The notes beneath the pieces are model-generated. The model was not told the origin of the DNA. It made no database searches and worked only from the letters and a program-made list of their open reading frames with translations. Of a stretch of DNA of 54,510 nt, positions 26,847 through 36,400 are shown piece after piece. This stretch comes from Candidatus Lambdaproteobacteria bacterium RIFOXYD2_FULL_50_16. Lineage in GTDB: Bacteria > SAR324 > XYD2-FULL-50-16. Positions within the stretch are counted from its first letter, which is position 1, and each line of letters opens with the position of its first letter. The stretch spans positions 70-54,579 of the forward strand of contig MFNE01000001.1 in assembly GCA_001783695.1 (NCBI GenBank), in the 5' to 3' direction. The position numbers were made by a program, and so were the translations under genes.

Positions 26847-27478
26847 ACAGGAAACCCAGATTGAGCTTTAAAGCCTATTTCGGGCAAATCGTCAGCGGGG
26901 TGCAGACCATGTTCGAGGGGATGAGTATCTCCCTAGCCAGTACCTTTTTGAAGGTGCAAACCGTTGAATATCCAGACGTTGACATTAGCAGCCGCGAGTC
27001 CTTGCGCCAGTCCACCTACAAGGGGAACATGGCGGGTATGCCTGAGAACTATCGTGGGATTCTAAAAGTCGATTTGGATATTTGTACGGCTTGTTTGATT
27101 TGCATGAAGGCCTGTCCGATCGACTGCATTGCTATTACTAACGTCAAATGCGACAAACGCAAGTTTAACGGTAAGTCGGGTAAAGCCGCAGTCCAGACCC
27201 GAGCGGCAACCCGCTTTGATATTGATATTGGCAAGTGTATGTTTTGTGGACTTTGTGTAATCCCCTGCCCGACTGGAGCTATTGCCCATTCGAAGATCTT
27301 CGAGATGAACCGGGGCAGTTTGGCCGAGCTTGTCGAGCGGTTTGTTACCCCTGAACAGGCAGCCAAACACGAAGCACGCGCTTTAGAGATTGAAACGGAA
27401 GAAGCCGAAAAAAAGGCCGCTAAAGCCAAAACTGACGCCGAAGCCAAGGCTAAAGTTGAACCTAAAGGGGAAGCATGA
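26843..27478 (+). CDS. nuoI: Complex I subunit I (2x 4Fe-4S) with insertions and a Lys/Ala/Glu-rich tail
   Basis: T.EYP, YRG, CTACLICMKACP, CMFCGLCVIPCP. Confidence 0.93.
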   Translation: MNRKPRLSFKAYFGQIVSGVQTMFEGMSISLASTFLKVQTVEYPDVDISSRESLRQSTYKGNMAGMPENYRGILKVDLDICTACLICMKACPIDCIAITNVKCDKRKFNGKSGKAAVQTRAATRFDIDIGKCMFCGLCVIPCPTGAIAHSKIFEMNRGSLAELVERFVTPEQAAKHEARALEIETEEAEKKAAKAKTDAEAKAKVEPKGEA

Positions 27479-27972
27479 CACAGTCAGTCTTTTTTGCGAT
27501 TTTTTCGGGCCTGACCTTAGTCACTGCCGGGATTGTGGCGTTGAATCAAAACCTGATTCGTGCCGCCTTTGCCCTGTTTTTCTGCCTCTTCGCGGTTGCT
27601 GGGGTCTATGTCACCCTAGGCGGCGACTTTGTGGCCATGGTCCAATTGATGGTTTACGCTGGCGGGGTCGCAATTTTATTAACCTTCGGAGCGATGCTAA
27701 CCGCTGATGTTAGCCAACCTTCTGGGTCTAACCTAAACTTCCAAGGGGTTTGGGCGATGATTGGGGGAGTGTCGTTTTTTAGTGTTTTATACTACGTACT
27801 CGAAGAGACCCAGTGGCCCCTAAAGGGCACCAATTATTTGGACCCTACTACCAAAGAACTGGGCAAACTTTTACTCAAAGACTATTTGCTACCCTTTGAG
27901 GTGATCTCCTTTTTGCTCTTGATCGCTATGGTGGGCGCGGTTTACTTGGTTTTAAAGGGGGAACAGGAATGA
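27475..27972 (+). CDS. nuoJ: Complex I subunit J
   Basis: F.A.VQL.VYAGGV.IL..F..ML, YLLPFE.IS.LLL.A.VGA. Confidence 0.95.
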   Translation: MTQSVFFAIFSGLTLVTAGIVALNQNLIRAAFALFFCLFAVAGVYVTLGGDFVAMVQLMVYAGGVAILLTFGAMLTADVSQPSGSNLNFQGVWAMIGGVSFFSVLYYVLEETQWPLKGTNYLDPTTKELGKLLLKDYLLPFEVISFLLLIAMVGAVYLVLKGEQE

Positions 27973-28280
27973 GCCTTTCTTTGGTGCTAGCCATTTCCGC
28001 TGGCCTGTTTGCTTTGGGCACGATGATGTTTGTGGTCAAAAAAAATCTAATTGCGATTTTGATGGGGGTCGAACTCCTAATGAACGCAGCGGCCTTAAAC
28101 TTTATGGGTTTTTCCTATTACAGTCCGGCCAAGGGGCACCCCCTAGACGGACAGGTTTTCGCGTTGTTTGTGATCTTGATCGCCGCCGCCGAAGCAGTTG
28201 TGGCCTTAGGGATAGCCATTGCGGTTTATAAAGAGTTCGGCCATGTTTCGGCAGACAAACTCAGCCAGTTGGAGGGCTAG
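27969..28280 (+). CDS. nuoK: Complex I subunit K
   Basis: N.I..LMGVEL..NA, GQVFA.FV...AAAEA. Confidence 0.96.
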   Translation: MSLSLVLAISAGLFALGTMMFVVKKNLIAILMGVELLMNAAALNFMGFSYYSPAKGHPLDGQVFALFVILIAAAEAVVALGIAIAVYKEFGHVSADKLSQLEG

Positions 28281-30368
28281 ATGATCTCGATGATTCCCCT
28301 AGTCCCCATTTTGCCGCTGGTTGGAGCCCTAATCATTGGGTTATTTGGCAAACGAATTCAGGCTACTATCGGTGAGTTTGCCACGGGAGTTTTAGGTTGT
28401 GCTATGCCCGGTTTGGCTGCATTAATAAGTTTTGGTAGTTTTTTCGAGTTAATAGCTCGCCCAGCAACAGACCGGATTATTGTATCCCACTTGGCCCCCT
28501 GGGTCAGTGTAGCTGATTTCCAGGTCGAGTGGGCCTTCCGTTATGACCCCTTATCGGCGATGATGTTAATGATCATCACCGGCATTGGTACCCTGATCCA
28601 TGTCTATTCCATGGGGTACATGCACGAGGACCCTAGTTACTGGCGCTTCTTTAGCTATATCAACCTGTTTTTGGGGGCGATGTTGCTCTTGGTTTTGGGC
28701 GACAACCTTTTGATTATGTTCCTCGGTTGGGAAGGGGTAGGGCTTTGTAGTTACTTGTTGATTGGTTTCTGGTTTAACAACCCCGACTACGCCTATGCTG
28801 GACGAAAAGCCTTTATTGTCAACCGCATTGGTGACTTAGGTTTTTTAACCGGAATGTTTACCTTGATCCTCTTCTCGGCGGCCAACTTTGAGGTGGTGAC
28901 CTTAAGCTTCGGGGAATTACAAGGTCGCATGGATACCCTGGCCCAATATACGCTCTGGGGATTCCCGGTTTTAGAGGTCGCCGCCTTTTGTTTCTTTGTG
29001 GGCGCGATTGGCAAGTCGGCGCAGATCCCTTTGTACGTCTGGTTGCCCGACGCCATGGCCGGACCGACTCCGGTTTCGGCCTTGATTCACGCGGCCACCA
29101 TGGTAACCGCCGGGGTTTATATGATCGCCCGGATGTACTTTATGTACAGTCTCGCTCATTTTACCCTTGAGTTTATCGCGATTATCGCCGCCCTGACCTG
29201 CTTTTTCTCGGCCACCATTGGCATGGCCCAGTTCGACATTAAAAAGGTCTTGGCCTACTCGACCGTAAGCCAGTTGGGTTATATGTTTTTAGCCATGGGG
29301 GTTGGTGCCTACTCGGCAGGAACCTTCCACCTCTTGACCCATGCCGCCTTTAAAGCTGCACTGTTTATGGGCTCTGGCTCGGTGATTATCGCTATGCACC
29401 ACGAGCAAGACATGCGCAAGATGGGTGGGCTCTTAAAAAAGATGCCTATTACCGGCTGGGCCTTCATTTTCGCCACTTTGGCCATTATGGGGTTCCCTGG
29501 CACCTCGGGTTTTTTCTCTAAAGACGAAATCCTAGAAAAGGCTTTTGAAGAAAGTGTTTGGCTTTGGTTAGTTGGTTTTATTGTCGCGGGGATGACCAGC
29601 TTCTATATGTGGCGGGCCGTCTTTATGACCTTTTTTGGTGAATTCAAAGGGGATCACCATACTTGGGAACATTGCCACGAGCAGCCCAAGCGGACCGTTG
29701 TGCCCATTGCGATTTTAGCAGCCTTGGCCCTAAGTTTGGGATTCTTAAACGTCCCCGACTTTATGGGCGGCGATTACAGCTTTTCCAGATACTTAAGCCC
29801 AGTGGTTAAAAACCTGGAAGAGGCGCAGGTCCACGGAATGCCCGACTCGATCGACGGCGAACAGCACGCCCCGGTCCACGCCGAGGAACATGGGGATTTG
29901 TTGATAGAGGTGGGTTTGATGGTGGGTTCGGTCACTTGGACCCTCTTGACCGCCTTCTTGGCGTATTACCTTTACTTGGTTAATCCCAAGGCTCGCGAAG
30001 CCCTTATGAGCCGGGCAGGACCACAAGCGGTCTTTAAAGTGCTTAATAATAAGTACTATGTGGACGAATTTTACGACCTAGTAGTAGTCGGCCCCCTGAA
30101 GAAGTGTTACGCCTTTATGGGTGACTTCGATAAATACGTGGTCGATGGTGCAGTGAACTTGGCTGGGTATGTAGGACGTGGCTTAGGAATTTTAGCCGGG
30201 TTTTTAGACCAGCATATTGTGGACGGCGCGGTCAACGAGGTCGCATGGGCCTCGCAAACAACAGGAAAAGGCTTTAGTCTGCTCCAATCTGGGCGAATTC
30301 AAGCCTTAGTAGGAGCTACCCTGGTGTTTTTCGCGGCGGTGTTAACCGTTTGGATTGTTTATCTCTAG
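28281..30368 (+). CDS. nuoL: Complex I subunit L (antiporter-like) with lengthened transverse helix
   Basis: GWEGVGLCSYLLIGFW, KAF.VNRIGD, KSAQ.PL.VWLPDAMAGPTPVSALIHAATMV, HAAFKA, GF.SKDEI, Q.G near the C-terminus. Confidence 0.97.
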   Translation: MISMIPLVPILPLVGALIIGLFGKRIQATIGEFATGVLGCAMPGLAALISFGSFFELIARPATDRIIVSHLAPWVSVADFQVEWAFRYDPLSAMMLMIITGIGTLIHVYSMGYMHEDPSYWRFFSYINLFLGAMLLLVLGDNLLIMFLGWEGVGLCSYLLIGFWFNNPDYAYAGRKAFIVNRIGDLGFLTGMFTLILFSAANFEVVTLSFGELQGRMDTLAQYTLWGFPVLEVAAFCFFVGAIGKSAQIPLYVWLPDAMAGPTPVSALIHAATMVTAGVYMIARMYFMYSLAHFTLEFIAIIAALTCFFSATIGMAQFDIKKVLAYSTVSQLGYMFLAMGVGAYSAGTFHLLTHAAFKAALFMGSGSVIIAMHHEQDMRKMGGLLKKMPITGWAFIFATLAIMGFPGTSGFFSKDEILEKAFEESVWLWLVGFIVAGMTSFYMWRAVFMTFFGEFKGDHHTWEHCHEQPKRTVVPIAILAALALSLGFLNVPDFMGGDYSFSRYLSPVVKNLEEAQVHGMPDSIDGEQHAPVHAEEHGDLLIEVGLMVGSVTWTLLTAFLAYYLYLVNPKAREALMSRAGPQAVFKVLNNKYYVDEFYDLVVVGPLKKCYAFMGDFDKYVVDGAVNLAGYVGRGLGILAGFLDQHIVDGAVNEVAWASQTTGKGFSLLQSGRIQALVGATLVFFAAVLTVWIVYL

Positions 30369-30407
30369 TCAACGGACCAAAGGTCTCGCAAACAAACTGA
30401 GGTTGTG

Positions 30408-31916
30408 ATGAGTCATCTTCTATCCTGGGTCGTCTTTTTGCCCCTGATCCCCATCCCGCTTCTGTTCTTGCTACCCAAGGACAAAGGCAAGTGGCTAGCG
30501 CTAGCGGTTACTCTGGCCGATTTTGTCATAGGGTTGCCGTTGATCCTCGGCTTTGACCGGGCTATGCCGGGGGTAAGCAACCCAGGTGAGATGCAGTTCG
30601 TTGAGCGGGCTACTTGGATACCAAGCCTTGGGGTCGAATATTATATCGGCATCGACGGCCTATCGGTAACCATGATCCTTCTAACCCTGTTAATTGGGGT
30701 CTTGGCGGTTTTAGCTAGCTGGAACATAGCCAAACACGAAGCGGGATACTGGTCGATGTTTTTACTGCTGCAAACCGCCATGTTAGGGGTGTTTGTCTCG
30801 TTAGACCTGATCCTCTTCTTCGTATTTTGGGAGGTTATGCTCTTCCCCATGTACTTCCTAATCGGAATCTGGGGTGGGCCAAGGCGGGTTTACGCTGCCA
30901 TCAAATTCTTTTTATACACCCTTTTTGGGGGTGTGGGTATGCTCCTAGCCTTTATCGCCATTTGGTACTACGCGCCTGGGCAGCGCACTTGGGACATGAT
31001 CGAAATCTTGCAACGAGTTTCTGCGGGTGGACATTTCAACGGCCCTGATATTTTTGGCGTCGAATTTGCCAAGATGATCTTTGTGGTCTTGTTTGTGGGC
31101 TTCGCCATCAAGGTGCCGATCTTCCCGTTCCACACTTGGTTGCCTGACGCCCACGTTGAAGCGCCCACCGCCATATCGGTTATCCTGGCCGGGGTGCTTC
31201 TTAAAATGGGAACCTACGGGATGCTTCGAATCAACTTTACCCTGTTCCCCGAAGCTTTTCACTGGTTCAGAACCTTCTTGGTGGTCCTGGCGGTAATCAA
31301 CATCGTTTACGGGGCCCTCTGCGCCTTGGCGCAGTCGGACCTTAAAAAAATGGTGGCTTACTCCTCGGTGAGCCACATGGGCTTTATCCTCTTAGGCATG
31401 GCGGCAGCCACCCCACAGGGGATGAACGGTGCTATGTTGCAGATGTTTAACCACGGAACCATCACGGCCATGCTCTTCCTTTTGGTAGGCGTCATCTACG
31501 ACCGCGCCCACCACCGCCAAATCGACGGGTTCGGCGGCATGGCCTCGGTTATGCCTAAATTCGCCGCCCTGACCAGCTTCGCCTTTATGGCGGCTATTGG
31601 CCTACCTGGACTTTCAGGCTTTGTTTCAGAACTTCTGATTTTGTCAGGTAGTTTTAAGGTTTATCAGGTAGCCACTATCATCGCTGGGTTAGGGATCATC
31701 TTTGGAGCCGGGTACATGCTCTGGAGTTACCAGCGGGTCTTTTTTGGCAAGGTTAACGAGAAGTATGCCGATTTTAAAGATGTAAACGTGATTGAGGTTG
31801 CCAGCTTGGTACCCTTGTTGGTGATAGTGGTTTATCTCGGTATTTTCCCAAACAACCTGATCGTCTTTTTCGAGCAGTCGATGAACCACATCAGTGAGCT
31901 TCTTCTGGCGAGGTAG
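30408..31916 (+). CDS. nuoM: Complex I subunit M
   Basis: G.DG.S, FWE.ML.PMY, IK.P.FPFHTWLPDAHVEAPT, LLKMG.YG, AYSSVSHMG, GLPG..GFV.E. Confidence 0.97.
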   Translation: MSHLLSWVVFLPLIPIPLLFLLPKDKGKWLALAVTLADFVIGLPLILGFDRAMPGVSNPGEMQFVERATWIPSLGVEYYIGIDGLSVTMILLTLLIGVLAVLASWNIAKHEAGYWSMFLLLQTAMLGVFVSLDLILFFVFWEVMLFPMYFLIGIWGGPRRVYAAIKFFLYTLFGGVGMLLAFIAIWYYAPGQRTWDMIEILQRVSAGGHFNGPDIFGVEFAKMIFVVLFVGFAIKVPIFPFHTWLPDAHVEAPTAISVILAGVLLKMGTYGMLRINFTLFPEAFHWFRTFLVVLAVINIVYGALCALAQSDLKKMVAYSSVSHMGFILLGMAAATPQGMNGAMLQMFNHGTITAMLFLLVGVIYDRAHHRQIDGFGGMASVMPKFAALTSFAFMAAIGLPGLSGFVSELLILSGSFKVYQVATIIAGLGIIFGAGYMLWSYQRVFFGKVNEKYADFKDVNVIEVASLVPLLVIVVYLGIFPNNLIVFFEQSMNHISELLLAR

Positions 31917-31921
31917 GAATT

Positions 31922-33349
31922 ATGTTTAACACGCTACCCCATCTAGCCCACCTGCCAGCACACCTTGTGCTGTCTTTGGGATTGCTCTTTTTCTTCCTTG
32001 GAAAGACCATCCCTGGGATCAAGAAGCTTCCGGCTACCGCTATTTTTATTGCCATGCTGGCTTTAGCAGCAGCTTTAGAAGCGAGCGAAACTGGAAGTCA
32101 CGACCTCTTTTTTGGGATGGTCCAAACCGATAGTTTCTCTAGGTTATACAACCAACTCTATTTTATTGTTAGTGCTCTAGTGGTGGTGATGCTCCATTTC
32201 TCGGACGAAATGGACCGTGAAAACGACTGGGAGAACTACGGGTTACTTAGCTGTTTGATTCTGGGCATGATGTTTATGACCAGTGCCTCACACCTTTTAA
32301 TGGCCGTAATCGCCATTGAGATGGTTTCGATTCCTAGTTACTTGTTGGTCGCTCTTAACCGAAAAAACCCGGCCTCGAAAGAAGCAAGTATGAAATATAT
32401 CCTCTTTGGCAGTTTTGCTACTGGGGTTATGCTTTACGGGATGTCATTCCTCTTCGGGATGACCGGCAGTCTGACCTTTGCCGATATCTGGAACGGGTTA
32501 GGGAGTGAATCGGTAGGGACTCCTATTTACTATCTCGCCATTGGTTTTACCTTGGCTGGTATGTCCTTTAAAGTGGCTGCGGTTCCGTTTCATTTTTGGT
32601 GCCCCGATGCATACCAAGCCGCCCCCACGCCGATTACTGCCTTTTTGTCGGTCGCGCCCAAGGTAGCAGGCTTGACCTTGATGATGCGGTTTTTTGCAGA
32701 CCATCTGCCGGTACAAGGCGATTCCTTGACCCAGATGTTGTCGATTGTGGCTATTGTCACCATGGTGGTTGGCTCCTTCGCCGCCCTTAAACAAACCGAT
32801 ATCAAACGTCTTCTGGCTTATAGTTCAATAGCCCACGCCGGATTTTTGATGATGGGTGTGGCGGTGTTAAACACCGATGGGCGCCAAGCGGTTTTCTTTT
32901 ACATCCCCATTTACATCTTGATGAACCTAGGGGCCTTTATGGCCATTATTTACTTGGCTCAAGATCACGACTATAAAATCTCTGCCTTTAACGGGGCGGT
33001 TAAATCCAACCCCCTATTAGTAACCGCCTTTGCCGTCTGCACCTTGTCCTTGGCAGGGATACCGCCTTTTGCTGGGTTTGTGGGGAAATTTTATCTCTTT
33101 AAAGTGGCCATGGAAAAAGGTCTTTATCCGATGATCCTTGCCGCGGGTATCTCTACGGTAGTTTCCCTTTATTTCTACGTAAGTCTATTAAAGGTGATGA
33201 TTATCGATCAAGAGGCTCGAACCTTCTCCCCCTTGGGTTCCAAGGTGCCCGTGGTTTTTGTGTCTCTTTGCGCGTTGCCTCTAGTATTTTTAGGGTTATA
33301 TTGGGTGCCACTGGTGAACTGGGCCGACAAGGTCAGGCTTTTCCAGTAG
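31922..33349 (+). CDS. nuoN: Complex I subunit N
   Basis: E..S..SY.L, EA..KY...G, FKV.AVPFH.W.PD.Y, KRLLAYSSIAH.G, LSLAGIPP..GF.GK. Confidence 0.96.
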   Translation: MFNTLPHLAHLPAHLVLSLGLLFFFLGKTIPGIKKLPATAIFIAMLALAAALEASETGSHDLFFGMVQTDSFSRLYNQLYFIVSALVVVMLHFSDEMDRENDWENYGLLSCLILGMMFMTSASHLLMAVIAIEMVSIPSYLLVALNRKNPASKEASMKYILFGSFATGVMLYGMSFLFGMTGSLTFADIWNGLGSESVGTPIYYLAIGFTLAGMSFKVAAVPFHFWCPDAYQAAPTPITAFLSVAPKVAGLTLMMRFFADHLPVQGDSLTQMLSIVAIVTMVVGSFAALKQTDIKRLLAYSSIAHAGFLMMGVAVLNTDGRQAVFFYIPIYILMNLGAFMAIIYLAQDHDYKISAFNGAVKSNPLLVTAFAVCTLSLAGIPPFAGFVGKFYLFKVAMEKGLYPMILAAGISTVVSLYFYVSLLKVMIIDQEARTFSPLGSKVPVVFVSLCALPLVFLGLYWVPLVNWADKVRLFQ

Positions 33350-33399
33350 TTTAAGCAACCCCTACCCTAAATAACTGTCCTGTAGTTGCCCCTTTTGGT

Positions 33400-33429
33400 T
33401 TGACTTTACCTTGAGGGGGACTATAGACT
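33400..33429 (+). promoter_or_regulatory. Possible internal promoter of the PFOR gene
   Basis: TTGACT-N16-TATAGA or N18-TAGACT; 5'UTR hairpin tccgcca-ctc-tggcgga. Confidence 0.45.
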
Positions 33430-33496
33430 GGTCTAGCCGATTTGCCCTCCGCCACTCTGGCGGAACGCCCAGGAACAGACACATCCCAGGTAGTCC

Positions 33497-36400
33497 ATGA
33501 GCAGCCCAAAATACCCCGGTACCCGTACCACAACCAACGGTAATACCCTTGTTGCGCTTTATACTGAAGCGCGGATTGCGGAAGCCGGAATCTTTTATCC
33601 GATCACCCCTTCGACTGAAATGGGTGAGTTGTTCCAACATTCTTACTCGCAAGGTGAACTCAACGTTTTTGGCGATGCTAAAATCGCCCTTGAGGCCGAA
33701 GGGGAGCATGCCGCTCAATCGGGGTCGATTGCGGCTTCGGTGACCGGCAAACGGGTGGTTAACTTTACCTCTGGACAGGGAGTGGTTTACGGTAGTGAAC
33801 CCTACTATCATGCGCCCTCGAAGTTGAGTACCATGGTGCTAAACATCGCCGCACGGGCCTTGACTAAGTCAGCCCTAAACGTACATTGCGGACACGACGA
33901 CGTTTACACGGTGCTAGATACGGGCTGGACGATGCTGTTTGCTAAAGACGCCCAGCAGGCTTCAGACCAAGCGATGATTTTGCGAAAGGTCAACGAATTA
34001 TCCCTAAATCCTGGGATCAACATTCAAGACGGTTTTTTAACCAGCCACTTAGAGCGCACCTTCCGCATCCCCGAAGCCGGGCTGATCCGCGAATTTTTGG
34101 GCCGTTCAGACGACTTGATTGATTGCCCCACCGAGGCCCAACGCGAACTTTTTGGGCCTAAACGCCGCCGAATCCCAATTGGAATGGACCTAAAAAACCC
34201 TTTATTGTTGGGCTCGGTCCAAAACCAAGAGCATTACATGAACGGCGTTATTGCTCGCCGAAATAACTTTACCGAACAAATTTTAGGTTTTTTAGAAGAC
34301 GCCTATAAAGAGTTTGGCGAGTTAACGGGCCGCCACTACGGCCTGATAAGCCAGCACAACTGCGAAAAAGCGGAGACCGTTTTTATCTCCTTGGGCAGTT
34401 CTGCTGAAAACATGGAAGCCGCAGTGGATTATCTCAAGGCCACTCGCGGAGAAGAAGTGGGTGTGATTCACTTAAACGTGATCCGCCCCTTCCCAGAAAA
34501 AGCGGTAATCGAAGCGTTGCGTGGCAAAAAGAACGTGATTGTCCTAGAGCGGATGGACGACCAAACCGCTTCGGACAACCCGATGGCCCGCGACATCCGC
34601 ACCGCCTTGTCTAAAGCCGCCACCAACCACCGAACCAACGCTTTTGCAGACCTACCAAGCCTTTCGCCAGATGAAGTTCCGCGAATCTTTAGTGGGGTCT
34701 ATGGTTTAGGTAGTCGTGACTTCCGCCCAGAGGGCGTGCTGGGTGCCTACGAATTTGTCACCGGCAAAATCAAGCGCACCGACGGCAAATCGGCCGCCGA
34801 TGGGGTCAGCTTCATTTATATCGGGGTGGACCATCCCTACTCGGTTATCTCTGAAGATACCCCAAGTTTACTCCCTGACGGCGCCATTGCCATTCGCTTC
34901 CACTCGATTGGCGGCTGGGGCGCGATTACCACGGGCAAAAACCTGGGTGAAGTAATTGGATCGATTTCTAGTGTTATCGCTAAAAATCAAAACCGTATCG
35001 GCGACGACGGACAGCCCGAAGAGATCTTCCATGTCAGCGCCAACCCTAAATACGGTTCCGAGAAAAAAGGGGCCCCGACCAACTATTTCTTGGTCGCCGC
35101 GCCTGAACGGATTCGGGTCAATTGTGACCTTCGCCATGTTAACGTGGTGCTTTGTTGCGACCCTAAAGCCTTCACTCACACCAACCCCTTAGAGGGTATG
35201 GCCGATGGTGGGGCGTTGATTATTGAAACCGATGAATCGTCCTCAGCGGGCCTCTGGAGCCGCATCCCCAAGCGTTACCGCGCCGACATAATCAAGCGCA
35301 AGATTCGCCTTTACGGCCTAGCTGGCTTCCAAATCGCCCACAAAGCGACTGACCGTGAAGACCTCCAGTACCGAATGCAAGGCAACAGCTTTCTGGGAGC
35401 CTTTTTCAAGGTTTCTCCACTGTTAGAAAAATACGGGATCAGCGAAGACGAATTCAAAAAAATCGTAGAAGCCCAATACAACAAGAAGTTTGGCCGCTTT
35501 GGTGAGGCCGTAGTGAAGTCGAACATGACCGTTATGATCGACGGCTTCTCTGGGGTTTGGCAGGCCGAATACGGGGCCTTAGATGCCCCGGACCGTAGCT
35601 TGATGCGCGGAGACACCTTGATGCCTGTTAGCGGGGCGACCCGCTTCGGGGCCGATACCCTGGTCGCTCAGCCTCAAAAACACCCCTACAAAACCTTAGC
35701 GAAATACGACAGTGAATTCCGCATTGGTTTGGGTTATAATCAACCAGCTTCGGCGTTGGCCTCGACCGGGGTTATGGCCTCAGCGACGGCGGCAACCAAC
35801 TCCAAATACGTCTCTCGACGCCGAGTGCCGATTTATTACCCAGAAAACTGTACCCAGTGTATGGCCTGTATCGCCTCTTGCCCAGATACAGCTATGCCCA
35901 ACACCTCCCAAGACGTGGCCGTGGTACTCCAGACGGCTATTGGCAACTATGTTTCTGACGAAAGCGCCCGCGAGACGCTGATGGGTGCGGTAGAAGCGAT
36001 GGACCAAAGCTTGCGGAAAAAGATGTTGACTGCAGTGGAAGACAAAAAGGCAGCGCCCCCGTCCTTAACCCAATTGGTTGAAGGCGAATTAGCCGGCATT
36101 GATATTTCGGCCAACTCGAAAGCCGAGTTGTTAAGCATTTTAGGCAAAGTGCCCTTTGCTTACGCCAAGTCGCGGACGATTTTCGAGATCCCCGAGAAAA
36201 AAGAGGCTGGTGCCGGTGGTTTGTTCACCATCTTAATCTCAGATCTTTGTAAGGGTTGTGGCGAATGTGTCCAAGAATGTGGGGAACACCAAGCTTTGAA
36301 GATGGAGCCCGAAACCGAACAAATCAACGCCGATTTAGCTACGGGGATCCGCTTTTTAGACCTGTTACCTGAGACGCCACAAAAGTTTTTAGGGAAATAT

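Noticed and set aside
33362-33811. 149-aa minus-strand ORF
   Set aside because: Mostly antisense to the PFOR 5' end
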